From contig NC_087437.1 in NCBI RefSeq assembly GCF_036321535.1, forward strand, positions 77,874,001 to 77,938,000: DNA of 64,000 nucleotides, in the 5' to 3' direction. This stretch comes from Camelus dromedarius (lineage: Eukaryota). The notes beneath the pieces were generated by a model. That model was not told the DNA's origin. It saw only the letters and a list, made by a program, of their open reading frames with translations, and made no database searches. A program made the position numbers and the translations under genes. This document shows positions 12,282 through 26,830 of the stretch, piece by piece. Within the stretch, counting starts at the first letter, position 1. Every line of letters starts with the position of its first letter.

Positions 12282-14794
12282 CTGTCTTACCAGATTCTCA
12301 CTGGTTCCGGTAAGGGACTGAATCTGTATAGACAAGCCTTCAGCATGCACCACCGATCTGAGTATACATAAATATGCTCAGTTGGAAACTGACAGAAGTG
12401 CTGTATATTTATGTAATTTTATTATTAAATAATATCCCCTAGCATTATTTAATTTAACTTTAGCTTATCTCTAGAATTAAGCAAGCAAATACCATTCAGA
12501 ATTCCTCAACTTTGATAAAGAACCATGAATTCAATTCTGTTATTGTAGAATTTGATAAGCACTGCTAAATTTGGTCAATAATTATCTGGATTTCAATAGA
12601 GATTTGCAACAAAACTTCTCTGTAAGAAGTTTCTTTCCAGCCATTGTTCTCCCGCTTCAAGATAAAAATTAAGTGATTTTTAGTTATTGAGAAGAGAGAT
12701 TCAAATTTGGAATTGCTAGAGTGTATTATCAACTAGGTACAGAGCAGAAAAGAAAAATTATTATTGTGGTAATCTCTTTTTTAAACAAGCAATTTCTCTT
12801 TCATGCTAGCATTCAGGTCTTCTCTTTCCTTTCTCTCTGTAGAGAGGTCTTCTCACTTCCTCCTGTACCTTCCTCAGCAGCACAACTTGCCCCCTTAAGC
12901 ATCACTTGTCCTCTACAGCTTATGTGGAATACTCACTTTTCCTGTAATCACATTCTTCATCATAAAATTTAAGTTTTTAAACCTATTCATTCACATAGGA
13001 TAAAATAAGGCTTGTTGATGAAGAAAATTATTTCATCATATTAATCCTAGCTTCTGCTTTCATAAAAAATTGAAATCTCTATTATTTATATATTGTCTGG
13101 TATGTTTGTGGGAAGATTATTTTGTTGAGTCACAAAACTGTTAATGTGAAACCTACATGAGATGCCAAGAATCCAAGAATTCATGCAATACTTGTCATAG
13201 GAATTGTGATATTTTTTCAAGTAGTGGAAGAGATAAAAAATAATTGTCATGTAGACTATCTGATTAATCTAGACTCTTGACAGGTCATTGTTGTGGCCCA
13301 ACCAGTTTTATATATTTAAAGAACGTCTCACTTACTTGGCTTTATTTGATAATATCTTTGCTTTGATTACTTTTTGATACTTATGCCATACTACATTCAA
13401 AGTCCTATGTTGCAAATGTTGAAAGTGAGATTAGATTTTGTAATTAAAAAAATAAAATAAAAAATATAGTTGTTAAACCTAAAATTGGTTATACAAATAT
13501 ATTGGCCATTCTTTTGTAAAGCATTGCTGTGCATGGAGCACAGCAGGTATACAATGTGTGGGACCGATCAGTGATCACGCGTTGCAGTCATACTGGTGTA
13601 TCAGGACAAGTACTTTTTTGTAACATATTTGGAAAACATCAGAATTTTTCTAATTCTGGGAATTCAGGAGGCAACCTGACTATTAGACCGGAGAAGTAAA
13701 AATTTACTAACAAGGTTTTCTATGGGGTGTGACAGAATAAAACCATGATATGAAAGTTAAAATTCAGAGCAACTGGGAAGAAGGTTCTAAAGTAAGGTTA
13801 AAAAAAAACTTAGGCTTATTTAAAAAAAAAAATTTTAAGTAAAAAGGGTTTAAGGATTAGGATTATTTTGCTCAGAGAAGAGACATCAGACAGACGTAAA
13901 ACTATTAGGTTTTCGGCTCTCAAATATGATCAAATAATGAGATACTGTGATAAATTCGATTCTGCACTATGTTTTTTTAACCAGTAATGGCCTGTTTCTT
14001 AAAATGGTATGTTAGTTTCGAGAGCACAAAGTATATTTTTCAGTAAAAATAAAATCTTTTAATTTTTTCATGAATTTTTTAGGTGTGTATCTGATTTTTA
14101 AAAATTCTTCAATAGAAAACACTTTTGTGAAAGTAACACTAGATTCTCCTCCAAATTATCTCTAGCATTTTAATGTTAAAAACATTCAAGGCATGGCCCA
14201 CCATACACACATATTTTCTGTGGTATAGATATATTCAATATTGCCTGCATGACTGATCAGTTTCTCATGAAATCATTTCTATACGAGTTTTGTCAAATTC
14301 AGGAAAATGCTCTGATCCACAGGTTTAATTTAAAAGAGGAGAAACAAAAATATTACCAGTAAATGACTGCCTATTGAGAATGTATTCCTGCAATCATCCT
14401 AGAAAAACTTGTAGTTTTAAAAATAAATTACTTTAAATAAATTTCTGTATTTCTCTAGAAAATCTTACATTTAATGTTCAATGTCTATGGAAGCTCTAGA
14501 AGAATATAGTTATTAAAGTTTTTAACTTTGTTAACCTGGATTGGCACCTGGAATAAGAATTACTCTAACTTTATTCCATTTCTTTTTATACTTCATTGCG
14601 TAGCTTGGATAGAATATGGCAAATTCTGCTTTTTTTAAGAATCATAATTCAGGATATTAATCATTCTCTAATTAAATTTCTAACAGAAATTGAAAAATTG
14701 TCTCAATACAGGTATTTATAATTCATATGTAAATATGTGTTGCAGTTTTAAATAGACTTTATTAATAATTGAGACTTCTAATTTTGACTAATGC

Positions 14795-15370
14795 ATTTAT
14801 TCAATCATCATACATGTACTGGGGATATAGTGTATATTAGTAGACACTGAATAGAAAAAAAGATTAAGAAGACAGAGCCCCTGTGCCCAGAACACAAAAG
14901 TCTTCTAAGGGAGAGAGACAATAATAGACAACAATGAAATTAGCTCTGGAACCACAGAGGAGGACACTTTAGGGAGATAGGAAAGAATTTCTGGAAAAGA
15001 TGGCATCTAAACTGTGTTCTGAAGGACAGAGATGCCAGTTATTTTTCAGGCAAAGGGAGGGCTATGGGAGAGCATTCTAGAATACGGCAGTGGCACGAAT
15101 AACAACACAGGGAACAAGAAGGCCATGTACACTTAGAAGTTTGACTGGAGCCTGGACTTCCAAGAAAGACTGTGTTGAGAAATATGAAGGACCTTAATTA
15201 AATACTATGCTAAGAAGCTTGTATTTTACCCTTACTCTAACAGGGAGCAACTGAAGTATTTTAAGCAGATCAGTTACAAGATTCTATTCATACCTTACAT
15301 CAGTTTAATGGTAGAGGGGAAATGAGATTGGACAGGGGCTAAAATGAAGTTTAGAAAAACTGTTAGGACT
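14795..15370 (-). mobile_element. LINE-2 fragment
   Basis: CATTTATTCAA start, then L2-like motifs CTGGGGATATAG, TTCTGGAAAAGATGGCATCTAAACTG...TGAAGGA, GGGAGCAACTGAAGTATTTTAAGCAG. Confidence 0.65.
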
Positions 15371-15944
15371 CTTTTTTTTCCACTTCCTTAAAATTGTGTA
15401 TGATCACTACTCTGATTTTACTCTGAATCTATGGAGTCTACACAAATCTGTCTTTTAGGCACACACACATTTTCTTACTTCTAAGTTACTTTGGGCCAAC
15501 TTATGTTAATGACATAAGGCAACAATATGCCCTCAGACATTATGAACTACAGCCTGCAAGGTGTCCTACTTTTAGTTTTAAATTTACCGCAATGCGATGA
15601 TGTTTCATTATCAGATGAGGACTATGTCATAATGATGATACTAATAATTAATGGATAAAGTCTAGGTGTTTGTGAGTGTTCTATTTATTTTATAAAGTGA
15701 ATAGATTCAAGGTTATGCCCAATAAATAATATGACATCACCTTCATTCATATTCCACTTCCTGAGCAGGAGAAAAAAAAAGGTGAAGTGGGGAGGAGATA
15801 CAATTGTCAATTTTCTAATTCTGAACAAACTGAGACTTCTATTCTGTATGTATTCATGGGAGTACATTGGTTTTATAATCGTATTTTGGGGAAGGTGAAA
15901 AGATTTCCTGAAATTAAATATTTTAATAATACTAACAATTTACT

Positions 15945-16120
15945 GAGAGTGTATTATTTGAGTCACACTATTGAATGAACTTGTCCCGACTGCACCAATG
16001 AGGACAGAAGAGGGGTTAAGCAATTTGCCCAATGTCACCCGGCTCGGAGGTGGAGAGTGGAGACGCAGAACTCAAAATCACACAATTTAGCTCCAGAAGC
16101 CACATTCTCAAACTCTCATC
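15945..16120 (-). mobile_element. MIR SINE
   Basis: GAGGGGTTAAGCAATTTGCCCAATGTCACCCGGCT...CTCCAGAAGCC. Confidence 0.6.
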
Positions 16121-19100
16121 TATAACAGAAAGAAAACGAAATAAAACAAGCACTATTTAAGGAATGCTTAAAACGGTAATGAATAAGCAACAGGCCTCAG
16201 TCCCAGGCTGCCCTCCTAGCACCGCCACAAGAGCACGTATCTAATTTTAACATGAACTGTTTAAAAGCTGTTTCTGTGTTGGCCATTCTTAAATATACCA
16301 GAGAACTGGGCCATTTCTTTAACCGAAAGCATTTTAGTAATAAATTAGGAGGTCTGCATATGGGAATTACACAATTTTCTGCAGAACTCAAAAAAAAAAA
16401 ATTTCCATCTTAAATATAAAGTAAACGGGGATTATCATTTTAAAAGTTTTCTTCTTAATTGGACTGCCAGTAAAAGTTATTGCTTATCATCAATTCAAAC
16501 CAATATACATTTTTCTAATTCGCTGAATAATTTTAAATCTTAGAATTTTTAAGCTGTAAAGATCTTAGAAATCATATGAAATACTTTCATGACAAAAGTG
16601 AATCTCATAAAAGGTAAATGAATAGTTAGGATCACACACAGGTGATGGATATCAACCTAAGACTGAAAATTAGCTGGAGATATCTAAATCAAGGGGATAT
16701 CTGGGAAAATAAAAAAGAGGGAAAGATATCAATATAGGCCATTTCCACACAGAAGTCTATAACCACTTGTTAAAAATCTAGGCAGAGTGAGAAAAATATC
16801 AGCTAATTTTGCTCGCTTATTGAAACATATAACTGTTTTCATTTAATAGATACCACAAAAGTATTCTCAAAAATATTCATTATTTTATCACTGGAAATAA
16901 ACTTTGTTCTCCTTTGATGCCTTGCAATATTAAAGTGGATTAGGCTTCTCAAGAGTATATCTACTTTAATTTCTTCTAGTGATTTATTATTCAAAGGGTA
17001 CAGAGAACTAAGAACTAGGGGTTGAAAACATATTATTTGTAGAAGCCTTTTTTGAATTCCACTAATAAGAGGAAAATATAATTCAATTTCTAAAATATCA
17101 TTAATATTAAAATTACAGACTTTCCATAATTTCACTATTAAAGGTCACCAGAAAATCATAATAAATAGAAGCATCCTACAGTGCTCATAAAAGGAAAGTA
17201 GTGGAGCTCCCTCTATTGAGTTATAGTTGAGAAAATGTGCCTTGTGTTTAAAATCATAACTTTATCTTCAAAATAATTCCATTATAATAATTTTTTTCTC
17301 TTTCTAAGCTGTAATACCTTTCAAATTATAGAAATACATATTCAGTATCAATTTCTAAGAATAATATTATAAATAACATATGTCTTAACAATTTTAGCAT
17401 GTGTTATTTTTCCTTAATGGTTTTTGTTTGTGGGAAATCACATTTTAAGGCTGTAATTTTCCATTTGTGTTTTTCTTTTGTTTTCCCTGAGATGACAAAA
17501 CAGAAAAGTTACTTGACAGATACTGGGACTATGAAACATCCTAATAAGACTATGAATTCCAATTTTGTTATAGGAACTAAAAAAATATACTTCAGTGGAA
17601 CTAAACATATCTTCCAACTGGTAAAATGAGGTATTTCACGTATTTTTCTGATATGAATAAACTTACATTTATTATATTATTATGAAAAATGTGATTCATA
17701 ATGATTATTATTGGTTGAGAGTCCACTGTGTGCCAGGCACTGAGATATGCACTACACATTCACTATCTTTTTGAATATTCATCTCAGATGAACTTGATAG
17801 TATTGTAACCCTCATTTTACAAATGAGAAAATAAAGACAAGAGCTAGTGATCAAACTAATGCTCTGATCCATAGCCCAAGCTCTTGAGCTCTTTCGTGTG
17901 CAATGGAATATATGCTATGTATTGACTGTGAAATCTGTGAGCATTGACAGTCTATAAAAAATAAACAATTATTTTTTAATATCACTAAGGGATAGCCATA
18001 CTGTATACAAAAAAAAATCATTACTCAGGTAGCTCAAATCCTTTCTAGTTAAATGTTTTGGATCAATTCTAAAAAATGATAACTTCCAGACCATAACTGG
18101 AAACTCTACTCTTTTTACTGTTTTATCATTTATTTTAGAAGGAAGACATATTTCTTATCAGCAAAGAGAAAAACAGCTAAGCAGATGCAGGTTTTGTTTT
18201 AGTAAACAGATACTTATTTGCCATTCCAATATGATAAGAAAAGCAATTTTATCATATACTAATCAGTGATTTCTAAAGGAAAAATTGTATTTGAGAACCA
18301 GATTACCATCCGCTGGGGCTGGGCTGAGTAGGAGATTAATCCAACAGGGTAAATTCAAATATGTTTTGCATTTTACTCTTAGATCTGATATCAAAAGCAT
18401 TATTCATATTTAGAGCCATGCCTATCCCTGCAAGAATACAAAACCTATGTCTTATGACCAACATAAGCATTTTTCTTGGAAAGTGCCATACCTATCACCA
18501 GGTAGAGAAAATGCTTGCAGAATGAAGTATAAATGCCACAAGTTTGAACATTTAAAATTAAATGCTAGGCAGAAACTGCCTTATTCATAAAATTACAGCA
18601 TATGCATACTAATATTAAGTCCATTATGAATATTTGTTGGCTTTAAAAAATATATCTTCAACAGATACTTGTTGAAAACTCTTCATGTACATATTTTTAT
18701 GGTTTTTCTATATAAAAGTGACTATAAAAATACATTTTACTCCTTTCCATAATAGGTCCAAAAATTACAGGGTGAAACATACTTAATAGCACTGATTTTT
18801 ATAAAAAAAATTTACAGAAGATGGCACTTTTTATCAGCTCGTAAACAATTCTAACGAGCCTGTTAAAATGAACTTGTTGGAAGAACTGTTCAAAATACAA
18901 TTTACTTAAAAATAACTGAGGTCTGTTTAGTAAAACCTATTATACAGAGTTTACAAAATGGCATTAGTTAGACCACTCACACAATGTGTATTGTATCTGC
19001 AATGAACTCACATGAATATCTGGAAACCATTTGTGTAACAAAAAACATTATCAACTACTCCTAAGGCTCACATCTTGTTGCTTCTTAATCCACTGCTACA

Positions 19101-19409
19101 CTTAATCTGATCCCACAGAGTATGAATCTTCCAAAATGGAAAAAAATATGGCTTATGATTACATGGTTTATGTTCTAAGTCATGCATCTTATGTGGAAAG
19201 AGCAAGATAATAATTCATAATAAATGTACTTCTTTCCCCATTTGTGGCTCCATCTCACGTATAATAAATTTAGGCACCAATCTATCTATAGCTTTTGCCC
19301 AGCATGTGAGTGTGTGTGCCTATTATGCCTATAGTCCTCATTTTTTTCCCAGAAGCTTTAAATAAATAAGAACCAACATATTATCATTCTGGTTTTTAGA
19401 AAGTTATAT

Positions 19410-20100
19410 TAATAGCACAGAGTGATGGCGGAAGTAAGGGGAAGGTGCATCCCCATATACTTTTGTTGGGATTAACAATACATACTCTTTTATTTTAATT
19501 GAGATATAATTGACATATATTCATTTCAGGTGTACAATATAATGATTTGATAGATGTGTGTATTGCAGAAATGATCACCACAATAAGTCTAGTTAACATC
19601 CATCACCGCAAATAGTTACAATTTTTTCTTGTGATGAGAACTTTTAAGATCTACTTAGCAACTTTGAAATATACGATACAGTACACACTTCGAACTATAA
19701 ATTTAGAATTTCTTTCTAAATGAAAAATATCCATATTCTTTGACTTACCAATTTCACTTCCAAGAAATTTTCCTGCCAACATAATTACACATATGGATAA
19801 GAACAACTATTAGGATGTTCACTGCTGTATTGTTTATAGTGAAGAGTTGAAACAATCTACATTTCCAAGAACTGGGAAGTGGTTAAATTAATCATGGTGT
19901 GTACAAATAAACTCCAATACACCATGTTAAAAAATGAGGTAGAGCTATCTATGCTGATATTAAATATTCTCTTAACCTCCAAAATATGCTGCTAAGTGAA
20001 AAAGGAAAGGTACAAAATGGTGTGTACAGCATGCTCCACAGATATTTTTAAGGTGGGGATGTACATATGTAAAGATTTGCTAGTGTATAAGCATTTGAGT
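19410..20100 (+). mobile_element. Old LINE-1 (L1M-type) 3' region, interrupted by a younger antisense L1
   Basis: Degenerate ORF2-end/3' UTR motifs: TTTGACTTACCAATTTCACTTC, AGGATGTTCACTGCTGTATTGTTTATAGTG, GCTAAGTGAAAAAGGAAAGGTACAAAA. Confidence 0.6.
19487..19683 (-). mobile_element. LINE-1 3' end (L1MA-like) nested in the older L1
   Basis: TTTTAATTGAGATATAATTGACATA...GGTGTACAATATAATGATTTGATA...ATGATCACCACAATAAGTCTAGTTAACATCCATCACC...GTGATGAGAACTTTTAAGATCTAC. Confidence 0.8.
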
Positions 20101-20269
20101 AAGACCGAAAAGATCCTCTTCTGACCCACAAGTTATAAGTAAATTAGGGAAATTACAAAAAAAGTATTTGAATAACTTCAAGGAATCCCTGGTCACCTCC
20201 AGGGTGAGAAGTCATGTTCCTCCCACCTTAGTGTGTTCACTCATCCCATTCTCTCAGCTCGTATCTTTT

Positions 20270-20605
20270 GTTTGATTACTCCTCAGCACATACTTCAGAT
20301 AACACTTCCTAAAAGAGCCTTTCCGATTTTTCCTAAACTCCAGACCAAATCTGGCCACAGTGATGTAAAATGCTCTTTACATATCTTTGTAGTACTTAGC
20401 AAAAATTCTAGCAAATAACTATATAATTAGTTGCTTGGTGCCTGTTTTCTCTGGGAACACTAAGAACACAATTTCTTGGAGTGACAGGACCTCAACTACC
20501 CAGTAACTAGTTTATTGCAGTATCCCCAGCACCAAGCACAATGCTTTGCACATATTGAACACTCAATAAATATTTATTGAATACTGTTATGTATGTTGAA
20601 TGATT
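20270..20605 (+). mobile_element. LINE-2 3' end
   Basis: TATCCCCAGCACCAAGCACAATGCTTTGCACATA...CACTCAATAAATATTTATTGAAT. Confidence 0.7.
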
Positions 20606-20951
20606 AATTGACAAGAGTTTTAATCTTGGATTGGTTAACAGTATGACTTTAGACAGGTAGCCAAGTAATTTTAAGGTTCTTCATAGCTCTGAAATCTTGA
20701 ACCTATAGGTCTAAACATACATCAAACTAAGAACATTGTTGTCCCTAAAAATGGTGGTTAATTTTCTACCGAATTTTATGTAATATCTTAACCTGTCTTC
20801 ATCTATCTCAGCTGTCAAGTAAAAGAACTGAACAAGATAAACACCTAAGTCACTTTCTCATTTTTCCAACAACCCCTCTTCTACTACATTTTAGTTTCTG
20901 ATCATGAGTCACATGCCTTTAACCCTTCAACCTGTCTCTCCCTCTCTCTCT

Positions 20952-20952
<1 letters not shown>

Positions 20953-21004
<52 letters not shown>
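20953..21004. repeat. (CA)26 microsatellite preceded by short (CT)n
   Basis: Read directly from sequence. Confidence 0.97.
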
Positions 21005-21007
<3 letters not shown>

Positions 21008-21193
21008 AACTTTCCATGATTTCATTCCAGGGGAAGATAAGGTTTGAGCAGTAGGAAACAGTATTCTTCCTGCAACTGCTTGAGCCTCTATAATATTTCT
21101 TGCCCAAGGCTCTCAAAGAGGAGGGTGTAAATTATGAACATGGGGCTAAGGACGTGTAAGGGTCCTTGCTGCTGCCACATCCCTTACTAGTAT

Positions 21194-21704
21194 TGTGAGA
21201 GGTAGACTGATGGCAAAAATAACCCTAACTCTCTCTCCTGGTCTTTCTCTACACCTTTTGCAAAGTCTTTTTAGCTCCTTCCATTCAGTAGATGGAGATG
21301 ATTTCCCCACCCTCGAATTTGAGCTGGGCTTGGAACTTGTCTTAGCCAACAGCATGTGGCAGAAATGACAGTTCGCTGGAAAAAGACTTGCCCACTTCTG
21401 CTTTCTCTTGGAACCCAGCTTCCTTCAAGAGAACAAGCCTAGGGAAGCCTATTAGAAAATGGAGGGCCATGGAGAAGAGTTTGTTTTCCATGAACAACAA
21501 CCAGTCAAATCCCAGAAGCAAAGCTGCCTAGGCTGACCCGCCCCAGACTACAGCAGAACGAAGGTATCAAGCTAAAATCAGAGAAGCACCGAACTGTCCA
21601 GACTAAATTGCTAACTTGCAAAATAATGAGCAACATAAAATGGCTGTTGTTTTAAAGCACTGTGCTTTGGAGTACTTTATTTTATGGCACAGTCAGCTAA
21701 TACA
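21194..21704 (+). mobile_element. MLT1 (ERVL-MaLR) solo LTR
   Basis: TG...CA termini. 3' motif ATAAAATGGCTGTTGTTTTAAAGCACTGTGCTTTGGAGTACTTTATTTTATGGCACAGTCAGCTAATACA. Confidence 0.7.
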
Positions 21705-22598
21705 CCATGGTTCAAAATTTCAGTAAGAGTAGCTTAAACTTCTTTTTAGGTTGTTTGCTTGATTTGGACTTAGGTAAATTTTATACCCAGAAATCTCCCA
21801 ACTATTAGAGAATATGCTGACAAGAATTTTAGCCACAGTGTCCAATGTCCTCTCCCTTCATTCCGTCCTATTAATAAAGACAAATCTATGGCATCCTTTA
21901 CCTGTATGCTTAGAAAATACCCTCTCACCTTTCCTACCCCCATCCACTTTTGGAATTTTCTGAATACCTGAGACACTCAGAGACAGCTGATCCAAATAAC
22001 ATGTGGGTGCCCAATTAGGATAGTCAGTCTCCGCACCAACTGTCCTACCATATGTTGGCTGCCCCAAGTCAGGTCACCATATCTAACTGATAGAACTGTA
22101 GCTCATATGGACAAAAAGACTTGAGACCTTTCTTCAGTTTTATAGACATCCCTGGTAATTTATTTTAGATCTAAATTGATAGTGGAGCAACTGAGAAACC
22201 TCACTGAGGAACACAATGGGATTCGTGCAATTGGTTAAGAAATGATTTCAGGATCAAATTGAAATAGGCCTTCCCTAGATAATGCCATAGCTAAATACAG
22301 CTCCCAGGTGAATTTCAAACACCATTAGTCTCTTGGCATCTCAGGTGGATTTGGTTTCCATTCCAAACCATGGGATCTTTAATGTTCCACAGCTACTATG
22401 GTATTCTGGGTTTCAGAGTATAATCTCTTTTATACTTGACATTAAGGGGACACACAAAGCCCCTTTTTGATACTTCACAGTAGCTGATACTTAAATAAAA
22501 AAAAGATTAGAAATACGCAGTTTGTCAGGATAAGGAATGCATGTCTTGTAGTTAAGTATTCCAAGACAGACACATAGACAGTCAAGTCATTAAATAAT

Positions 22599-22722
22599 TA
22601 TGGTGACCATATAATTTGTCATCCAAACTGCCCTTTTGAGAGTGAAAAGGGTACCACTGATAAATGAATAAACCAGGCATAAACTGGGACTATCTTGGAT
22701 ATACCAAGATGAATGGTTCATG
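22599..22722. mobile_element. MER94-like hAT-Blackjack MITE
   Basis: GGTGACCATATAATTTGTCATCCAAAC...TTTTGAGAGTGAAAAGGG...GGCATAAACTGGGACTATC matches recalled MER94. Confidence 0.65.
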
Positions 22723-25700
22723 GAGTGGTAGAAAACAGAGCTTTAGAGGGGAAAAAAGTGGGGGAAGCAAGCCAGGGATGCTGGATACCCGTCTAATTTT
22801 TGATTAGTCTATTCTCCCACAGTTTAGTTTCATTATGTTGCAATATTATGAATTCCTAGAAGATCAGACAAAGTCACGTTCACTGAAGCACCTCAACTCA
22901 AAGTTGAATTATGTAATCCTTTGATTAGAAACTGTTTTGGATCGTGCACAACCCTGATTTCCCCTTGAATGGAATGGATAATTGAGAACTGACTGGATAA
23001 GTAAGAGAGGAAGCGCTAAAAGCTAATTTTATTCTTGGAACATACACTACAATAATGGGCTATGATAATAGGTTACCATAAAACAATTACGGAATACCAC
23101 AGCACATTTGGAATTAGTCCGAGCTGAAATATATATGGTATTCTGTCCAATAAGGTTGGGAGGAAAGAATATAAATTTTGTGGTTTAAACAGAGGAATTA
23201 GCTGGATGAAAATATCAGTAACTCCAAATATATGATAATACTTTGTACACTATAGGGATACTTGTAGTTACTGGAGGATTTAACCTTATCAAATAGCCTA
23301 TAATATCCTCTTCTTAAATAGAGAAGATTATTTTAGTCATGGCTTTGTTCTCCATAGGGAAGGGGAACTTCTGCCTTAACAAAAAAAGTACTGAGAATAT
23401 AAATAGACATTTTTCTGGCCTTTTTCATTTTTTAATTTAAAATAAAAAGGAGTTGATATCCAAAAGTAATAATCAAATATTCATTCATCACCCACCACAC
23501 CCAAGAAAACTTTCTTTAGCATTCCAGTGAGTTAGCTCACGTCTTAGTATGCCACATAGATTCATGTATAAGAAATAAAATGGGCCTTTGTGAAAACCTA
23601 ACAGTGAGGAATAAAATTAACAATTTGAGAGGAATTCAAGTTTCTATGTAGACACACAGGCCCAGAGATCCTCTTTTATCATAGCCGCACTAATGTGGCT
23701 CTTCTGCATATTTGGGATATATATTGCATGTGTCTACTTGAGTTAATAGCTTCAGAGAGCTAGAACTCTTTGATGACGTTTTATGTGGAATAAATGGCCA
23801 GAGCAGAAAGAGGCGTGTTTGGGAATATAAAACAAGGTGATTATAAAGCATTTAAAATACTATGTGACAAAATGCTGCCATCTTACACTAAGTAATGCTG
23901 ACAACTTAGTGCTGTTTTACAAAGTTTAGTTTAGTATCATGAAAACTTGAGGGAGGAAAAAAAGGAGAAAAAGGAAACATTTTTTGCCTGTTTTTAATAA
24001 AATGGTCAAAGTGATAATTAAGGGTAATAAATTAAAGAGTGTTATTCTATTGAGACTGCAATAGAAGTCTTAATTAATATAGCATGTTTTACTTGAAAAA
24101 TTCAAATGCTGGGCAAGGAGTTACCAATCTCGCCAAAATCAGAACTATGCATTACATAGGGAGATAATTTTACAGATAATTCTACAGAATAGAAAAATAA
24201 CTTTCCCAAGGTCACAACATTCTTTTATGGCACAGCTAAAAACTGAACACAGGAGTACTGATTCCAATACAAAGAATCTTCTGTTAACACTTAGGACTCT
24301 TAAAGTAGGTTTTTATTGATTTTCTTCTTTTTTAATAAGTCAACAGTAAACAAGCATTCCCTTTTAAATTTCTATTTTAAGAGAGAAGCTAGTTTGAATT
24401 TTTTAAAATGACAAAGTTTGGAATCTGGTCATGAAAGTATTTTGGATTTCTACAGATTTGAAAACAACTGAAAGCATTAGTATTTTCTATTGCCTTCTGT
24501 ATTGCGCTTACAACCATGGAACAAATCAACTTCTTTGTTTAGGAACATTTTTAGGGCATACATATAAGGCTTTTTCACATGAACATATTAGCGTCAGCCA
24601 TCACTTACATTTCATTCTAGGAACTATACACACAGTTTAAATAGAGCCAGGTTTCCAGAAGGGATGGCTTTTATTAAGCTTTTTTTTAAGACCTAAAACT
24701 CTTTCCGACTGTTGAGGTCTCTTTTCCCAGAAGAACAGGAGATTAATTCTCTCTGTATTATGTATATACATATATGTTTTTTAAATAGCCTTATTCAGGC
24801 CTGGAGGAGTAAACACAAGATACAATAAGTTTATAAAAGTAGGGGGAAAAGATGGAAACTAGCAATTGGGAGCCATTGACATTTCTCTAGGAATAGAATT
24901 TATATGAATTGTGTCTGTCCAGACTGTCTGAAAGCATTAGTAAAGTACAATTAAAAAATGACTGTGCCTTGCCTAAATGGGCTTTTTACCTTAGGTCATT
25001 AGAAACAGAATTTTGAGCTGGCAGAGCTCTCAGAGCAGAGCTCTGGTCCAGTTCATCCTTTCTCTTATACATGAGAATGCTGAAGCCCAAAATGGTGAAA
25101 TGACTTGCTCAAGTGCCTGGAGGTATATGGTCCTGAACCAAAACTAGAAAAGCAGTTTACTGAAAATAGTGCCTCATTAAATTATAAATTGCTATTAGAC
25201 TAAATAAATCATCAAGGAAAAAGCAATTTTGCTGACTACTAAGCAGTTTTCAGTTTTGAAATTATGAATTTTAAGACCCCACACCCGGTAGCCTGAAAGG
25301 GCATTATACGAATTGATGCTTTTCCCAAGGCCTATTGAGATAAACGGATACATTCCCAACATAACGTCTTACTGTGAAAAGAAAAAAAAAAAAAAGCTTT
25401 CAGTGCGTTTATGTCTCGGAACGAACCCTATAATATTAGTAACCAATTAAAAAATATTTCAGAGAGGGGTGCACACTGCTGACTCAAGAGAAGAAACAGT
25501 TAACCGCAGGGCCGCACCTCCTTGTTGTAAATAATCAAGGAAAGCCTTTTTTAAAGCAATACAAAATGTCACCACAGGCTGACGCTCTTTCTACAAGAAT
25601 AATGAGATTCCTACTCCCTCGGATGCTAAGCATATACTTCATTGCCTTTATCTCCGAATTCAGGTTCCGTGGTTCACAGATATTCTCCCCCTCCCTTCAA

Positions 25701-25849
25701 AACAGGTAACATGCCATGGCTAAAATATGTCAATAACTATGTAGCGACTGCAGACCAAAGGACCTGAAGGGGCAGTTTCAAAAACTCTATTTTCACTATC
25801 AAAACTGCTCCGGAAATGAAGGGCTTGCAGGCAGGGCAGTCAGTCCCTT

Positions 25850-26830
25850 GGACTAAGCCAGCTACTGGCACTGCACCCCCACCGGGCTCAGCTTCGCAGA
25901 GGGCTCCGAAGGAGGCGCACTTGCCCTCCAGGACTTGAGTCCTGAGTCTCGACAGAGAGCTTTTAGTGCCATAATCCTGTCTTTTAAAACACACTGACCA
26001 CGCACCGAGAACTTGGCGCACATGCCAGCCTGGTGAATTCAAGGAAACCGCTGATTTGAGGGTCTGAGGCTTCTGACCTCCAGATCGGCCGCGAGTTGGC
26101 GGCGGTGAGAGCGCGCTCTCCGGCTGGCTGAAAGCGCGCAGCTGGGTGCCGGCTAGAAACGTAAGCTGGCTGCGCCAAAAGAATCGCGGCGCAGATCTGA
26201 AAGCGGAACCTCTCCCTTTTTAGCAGTTACATGTGCGGAAAAACCTGTCCTCCGAGGTGGCCCGACTGAAAAGAAATTCCAGCACCGAAAAGGAAATCGG
26301 GCGTGTGCGTGTGGTCCCGGGGTGGGGGTGTAGGTAAGTCTACACTCTAAAAGTGGCGATGGGGTTGAACTGAAAACCAACTGTGGGCGTGTGGATCTTT
26401 GCATTTTACAAACTGCATCACCCTCAGTCTCCTTCCTCTCCCCTCCGCTCCAGAGTGCCCTTCCTTCCCACATCGGACACTGGAATCAAGAAAAAAGTGA
26501 AAATCCATACCGTGCCAAACCCAAGGGGGTCTCCCCTTCCCACCTCCCGGGTGTTCTCACCCCACCCCACCTGCTTTAAATCCGGTTCAACTCCCGTTTC
26601 ACAGTCCCCGCCCCAGAATCGGAGATTTGTCACAGACGCCTCTTTCTCTAGCCTCAGAACAACAGCAGGTGAGCTCATTACCTCAACCAGAAATGTAACT
26701 TTAAAAAAGAGATCGGGAGGGGGCGGCCCCCGCCCCCGCGTGCCAGCACCACGAACACACAGCAGCGGCAGTTCACAAACACTAGGGCTCGAGCCCACAG
26801 CCCCACTCTGCCCCTTTTCCTCGAGAGATT
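25850..26830. promoter_or_regulatory. CpG-rich block in proximal ALCAM intron 1 (extension of the promoter island or intronic enhancer)
   Basis: Abrupt rise in GC and CpG relative to the AT-rich intron; GC boxes and ETS-like GGAA cores. Confidence 0.75.
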
